Source: a virus (Duplodnaviria > Caudoviricetes). Taken from it: a stretch of 52,530 nucleotides of DNA. The notes under the pieces were generated by a model, which saw only the letters and a program-made list of their open reading frames with translations, was not told the origin of the DNA and searched no databases. Positions 48,414 to 52,530 of this stretch are shown here, piece after piece (the stretch's first letter is position 1; each line of letters opens with the position of its first letter). Where the stretch lies: the IMG/VR virus record IMGVR_UViG_3300033512_000519, positions 1 through 52,530 of that record. One strand, given 5' to 3'. Made by a program: the position numbers and the translations under genes.

Positions 48414-50404
48414 TGCGAAAATATTTAATATTTATTTTAGCTATAATTTTTTGTTCCAGTATTGCAAAATCTGATTCTTTAATGGCTTTATGGTATGAAA
48501 GAGCATTGATTGTAAACGATGGAACTTGGATAGGAACATCAGGGAATTGGAGCGATACAACAAAATGGACAAATGGAGTAGTTGCAAGTGGAGTTGATAA
48601 AATTGCCACTCTTGGTAATTATATAACAAGTTCCTGTACGGTAACATTGGATGTTTCTCGTACTGTAGGTAATATTTATGCATTAGATACAACTCATAAT
48701 TACACTATCGGAGACTCAAACACGATTACAACTATTACTATGGATCGCACTAGTGGTACTCCTGTTATCTCTGTTGTGGCTAATAGAACTCTTACTATCA
48801 ATTCTATAGTTGCTGGAAATGATGGATTTAGTAAGCAAGGCGTTGGAATTTTAGCTTTGACAGCAACCAACACATACAGCGGTGATACTACATTGCTTGC
48901 GGGGATGCTGAATACTTATCAAGGATTCCACTTCGGATCAAGTACAAATCTATTGGTGACAGGCACAGCTATATGGAGGGCTGGAGAGGGAGTGTCGGCA
49001 ACATATAATATTGGTATTAATATAGCGGAAACGGCTAATCTTCAACTTCAAAGTGGAAACGCTGTCAAAATAATAACAGGAGTTCTTTCGGGGTCTGGCT
49101 CAATGACTAACGTCACTACTACCGGATTCACATTTTCCAACACGAACAATACGTTTACAGGTATACTATATAACGGGTATCAGATGACCCTTAGCAGCCT
49201 TGGCGATTCTACTAATGCCGTGAATCTTAATGGAAGTAACAGCCAATTCATATGGGCTGGTACAAACATGACTTTTGCGTTGCGAAAGTTTACGCTTAAT
49301 CAGCCGCTTGCAGCATCGAACTCCGGTAAGATTCACTCCAACGGAACAGGACCAATTTTTATTAGTCAACCTCTCTCTATTACTGGTACTGCTGGTGCGA
49401 GAACACTTGAATTAGGCGGTAGCAATACGAGTTCTAATACATTTGCAGGAGCGATTTCAAATGGAGTCGGTTCAGTGGTAAGTTTAACTAAATCAGGAAA
49501 TGGATATTGGTACTTGCGTGGTACGAATACATATAGCGGCAATACTACATTTATTCAAGGACTTGGAAGAGTTATATTCCAAGGTACTCAATCAATATCT
49601 CCATCTACGACATTTGACTTACGGCAAATGTCTACACCATCATTTCAATTCTATATTCTTGACGATGGCGTAGGAACTATAAACTTTGGGAATAACATTG
49701 AATTCGTTACTGTTAACAGTATTATGAAAGGCACAATAGTGATAGGCAACAATAATATTAGCAATGGAGGATTCAGCGAAGGGACAACTACGGGATCAAA
49801 AATGGTATTTGGAAATGTTACATTTTCTCCTCAGAACGCAATTCCATCTGGTCCCGCATCAATTAGTTCTCCGGATGGGTACAGTATCCAATTTAGCAAC
49901 CTCATTTTTGGAGCAACTCCCGCAGTTTCCATATGGTCGCCATCGTTGGGGAATGGTAACGCAGATATAACTATTACAGGTACGATACAGCAGAACAGCG
50001 GACAGTCTGTTGGGAATAGGCGAATAATTTATATATTGAGCGGAACTAGCACTAATAATCTAATATCTGGAAATATTTTAAACGCTTCAGACTATCCTGC
50101 AAATACAAATACGGCTCCGCTAGGAATTACAAAACAAGGATCAGGAACTTGGACACTATCCGGCACAAATACATTTAGCGGAACAAACACAATTAGCGTA
50201 GGTAAATTAATTATGCAAGGTGCTTCGGCGGTATCAACTTCTTCTCCTATAAGTATTGCTACGGCAGCTAGAATTGAATTGAATTATAGTGGAGGCGTAA
50301 CAATACCATCATTAATCAGCAATAACGTAGCTATGGCGTCAGGAGCATACAGTATAACAAACATGAGTCAGATTTTAGGAACAGGATATTTAATAGTCCC
50401 GTAA
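48413..50404 (+). CDS. Secreted autotransporter-associated beta-strand repeat (PATR) protein without a beta-barrel
   Basis: Signal peptide MRKYLIFILAIIFCSSIAKS. Three (L/I/F)xKxGxGxxxLxxTNT(Y/F)SGxxT repeats. Confidence 0.8.
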   Translation: MRKYLIFILAIIFCSSIAKSDSLMALWYERALIVNDGTWIGTSGNWSDTTKWTNGVVASGVDKIATLGNYITSSCTVTLDVSRTVGNIYALDTTHNYTIGDSNTITTITMDRTSGTPVISVVANRTLTINSIVAGNDGFSKQGVGILALTATNTYSGDTTLLAGMLNTYQGFHFGSSTNLLVTGTAIWRAGEGVSATYNIGINIAETANLQLQSGNAVKIITGVLSGSGSMTNVTTTGFTFSNTNNTFTGILYNGYQMTLSSLGDSTNAVNLNGSNSQFIWAGTNMTFALRKFTLNQPLAASNSGKIHSNGTGPIFISQPLSITGTAGARTLELGGSNTSSNTFAGAISNGVGSVVSLTKSGNGYWYLRGTNTYSGNTTFIQGLGRVIFQGTQSISPSTTFDLRQMSTPSFQFYILDDGVGTINFGNNIEFVTVNSIMKGTIVIGNNNISNGGFSEGTTTGSKMVFGNVTFSPQNAIPSGPASISSPDGYSIQFSNLIFGATPAVSIWSPSLGNGNADITITGTIQQNSGQSVGNRRIIYILSGTSTNNLISGNILNASDYPANTNTAPLGITKQGSGTWTLSGTNTFSGTNTISVGKLIMQGASAVSTSSPISIATAARIELNYSGGVTIPSLISNNVAMASGAYSITNMSQILGTGYLIVP

Positions 50405-50422
50405 TACCATAAAGGAGATAAG

Positions 50423-50902
50423 ATGAATTATTGCAATATAATAACTAAAATAGAATCAGATGAACTTCCAACCAAGTATGGATATATTCATGCTGGCAAT
50501 TGGGAAAACGCAAAAGACCTTCATAAAGAAAATGGATGGAGATTATTAATTCCATCTGACCCAATTCAAGAAGGATATACTGTTACTGATATTTCATATA
50601 TAGATAATGGAGATACAGCAACAAAAGTCGTCACTACCAAATTAACCGCCGAAATAGAAGCTGAAGCGATGACCCAAAATCTAATTAAATATGGTCAAAA
50701 AATTGGGACATTTGGTGCTTTACTTGGTGTTTTTGGATTATCCTTCCCTACAACTCAAGAAGAAGCCTCGCCTGTTATATATGCAGCATTAAAAGCAAAT
50801 CCTAACCTTGCCGCCGACAGTCTTTTGTTATTAACTGTTTATCAGGATCTTTTAACAGAATTAACCGACGCCCAAATGTATGAAATAAGTAAATATCTGT
50901 AG
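50423..50902 (+). CDS. Possible tail-fibre-associated/chaperone protein
   Basis: ENGWRLL...GYTV pattern and position after fibre genes. AAGGAG RBS. Confidence 0.55.
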   Translation: MNYCNIITKIESDELPTKYGYIHAGNWENAKDLHKENGWRLLIPSDPIQEGYTVTDISYIDNGDTATKVVTTKLTAEIEAEAMTQNLIKYGQKIGTFGALLGVFGLSFPTTQEEASPVIYAALKANPNLAADSLLLLTVYQDLLTELTDAQMYEISKYL

Positions 50903-50976
50903 TTTAAAAAGGATATTTTACGATTGATATTGAAATAGTATTTGAAAAAGATTTTTAAAACGAACAAGGAGAGCGT

Positions 50977-51720
50977 ATGGCTATAGTATATTACCCAAAT
51001 AGAGTTTATAAAAAAAATTCTTCGCCGATTGATGTCTTGATGAAAGAACCGCAGATTATTTCAGTCAAAAAACGTCAAGATATTTCGTCAACGGCAATGG
51101 ATGAAATTATTTACAGGAACAATGATTGGACACAGAATTCATTAAGGTTTAATTTTAGCAACGCAACTGCAAGAAATTATTCAGCGAAAATATTAACTGG
51201 AACAAACGTCATACAAAACCTAAATGATTATTTTTGGATGGAATATTCTGAGGTTGGAAAACAAAAAATAACATTAGACTCTGGATTTTATAATAGCGGA
51301 ACAACCCTATCCGCAGAAATAAAAAGCAAATTAGACAATAATGCTGCATTTTTGGCGGCTGGAGCTGTCTTTACTGTAACTTACTCGGTAACAACTGGAT
51401 TATTTTCAATAACTGTTAATACTGGAACTATTAGATATTTAAATGTTAATCTATCACAAACAGTAAGTAACAGAGATAGTATTGGTGGACATTTATTTGG
51501 ATTTAATAGCGATTCTGCTTTAGCGAGTACAATAACCAGCGATACAGCGGTATTTGGTCTTGGCGACGAGGTTGCTTTCATTAACCAGACTAACGAAACA
51601 GCATTAGAACATTTGTTTGATGATGTTAAATATTTCAACGTTGATCAAGCTTTACATATTGCTGCGAACGTTGCTGGAGTCGCTATAAGTTTTGAAGTAA
51701 ATTCTCGGGACATAAACTAA
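50977..51720 (+). CDS. Putative virion structural protein
   Basis: Beta-rich; ITLDSGFY...LSAEIKSKL...FTVTYS...TGLFSI. Promoter AGG-N19-GAAATA at 50910-50937. Confidence 0.6.
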   Translation: MAIVYYPNRVYKKNSSPIDVLMKEPQIISVKKRQDISSTAMDEIIYRNNDWTQNSLRFNFSNATARNYSAKILTGTNVIQNLNDYFWMEYSEVGKQKITLDSGFYNSGTTLSAEIKSKLDNNAAFLAAGAVFTVTYSVTTGLFSITVNTGTIRYLNVNLSQTVSNRDSIGGHLFGFNSDSALASTITSDTAVFGLGDEVAFINQTNETALEHLFDDVKYFNVDQALHIAANVAGVAISFEVNSRDIN

Positions 51721-51777
51721 AATATTTATTCTGATTATATATACTTTTGTATAATTAAAAAAACAAAAGGAGAAATT

Positions 51778-52347
51778 ATGTCAGCAGAACCTACCCCAAT
51801 GGAAAAAAACAGAATTGTATTTTTAAGCGGAGCTTTTAACGAAGATAAGTCGAAAGAAATCATAAACAATATTCTTAATCTTGAAACAAAAGATCCAACT
51901 TCAGATATTCTTCTTATCATTGATTCTTACGGCGGATATGTGCATAGCTTAATGGCAATCCATGACGTTATTAAACACGTTTGCCGATGCGATATTGTTA
52001 CCTTGGGAATAGGTAAACAAATGAGCTGTGGACAAATGCTTTTAATGTCCGGAACAAAAGGAAAAAGATTTGTTACGCCAAACTCAAGGGTTTTAATTCA
52101 TCAATTAAGTAGCGTAACATTTGGTAAACTTTCTGAAATGGAAGTAGACATTAATGAAAGTAAGGCTTTGCAAAAAATGCTAGACGATCTTATTGTAAAG
52201 TATACAAATATAACTCGAAAACAACTTCCAGAAATAATGAGCAAGGATTCATTCTTTTCAGCTGAAGAAGCGGTTAAACTTGGTATTGTAGACGGTATAG
52301 TCAATAGCCCAAGAGATTTATATAAGAATCCAAAAATAAAGCTGTAA
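51778..52347 (+). CDS. clpP: ClpP protease proteolytic subunit
   Basis: RIVFLSG, IDSYGG, catalytic Ser (QMSCG), His (LIHQ), Asp (KDSFFSAEEA). TGTATAAT at 51748-51755. Confidence 0.92.
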   Translation: MSAEPTPMEKNRIVFLSGAFNEDKSKEIINNILNLETKDPTSDILLIIDSYGGYVHSLMAIHDVIKHVCRCDIVTLGIGKQMSCGQMLLMSGTKGKRFVTPNSRVLIHQLSSVTFGKLSEMEVDINESKALQKMLDDLIVKYTNITRKQLPEIMSKDSFFSAEEAVKLGIVDGIVNSPRDLYKNPKIKL

Positions 52348-52530
52348 TCTTATCTATTAATGAACAAGCAACTCTTGATTATTAATGTTTTTATTTTTTG
52401 GTGAGCAGAAAACCCAAACATCTTCAGTGTTTGGGATGAATGCGAACGAAGTAAATATTTAAATGTAATTTTTTCACAATATTTTGTATAATATATTTAA
52501 GCTCTTTGAAAAAGTGATTATGGTTCTGAA

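Noticed and set aside
1-52530. CRISPR arrays, tRNA or rRNA genes
   Set aside because: No regularly spaced repeats or cloverleaf/T-loop signatures seen by eye. tRNAscan-SE and cmscan would be needed to exclude them formally.

Overview
An AT-rich 52.5-kb segment of a large (probably jumbo) tailed dsDNA phage, standard genetic code. Positions 1914-33755 (minus strand) hold the head and packaging region: major capsid protein, decoration protein, a 1870-aa prohead protease/scaffold polyprotein, a portal fused to a DUF559-type nuclease, a terminase large subunit with an intein in its Walker A motif, and many probable internal head proteins. Then come a class II ribonucleotide reductase, an orphan ABC-type ATPase, a lysozyme, a vWA operon, a cluster of signal-peptide-bearing fibre/adhesin/lipoprotein genes suggesting a Kiritimatiellota/Verrucomicrobiota host, and ClpP. 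Main observations: (1) reusable N-terminal leaders and [KR]-x-A sites on unrelated cargo enzymes, suggesting a capsid-loading and processing system; (2) a 715-bp cassette with such a leader, bounded by a 69-bp duplication of the capsid gene 3' end; (3) a recurring AGG-N18/19-GAA promoter class distinct from a TGTATAAT class; (4) a candidate -1 frameshift at 27142-27150; (5) fibre-like proteins with Sec signal peptides. All family calls come from motif recognition by eye; no searches were run.
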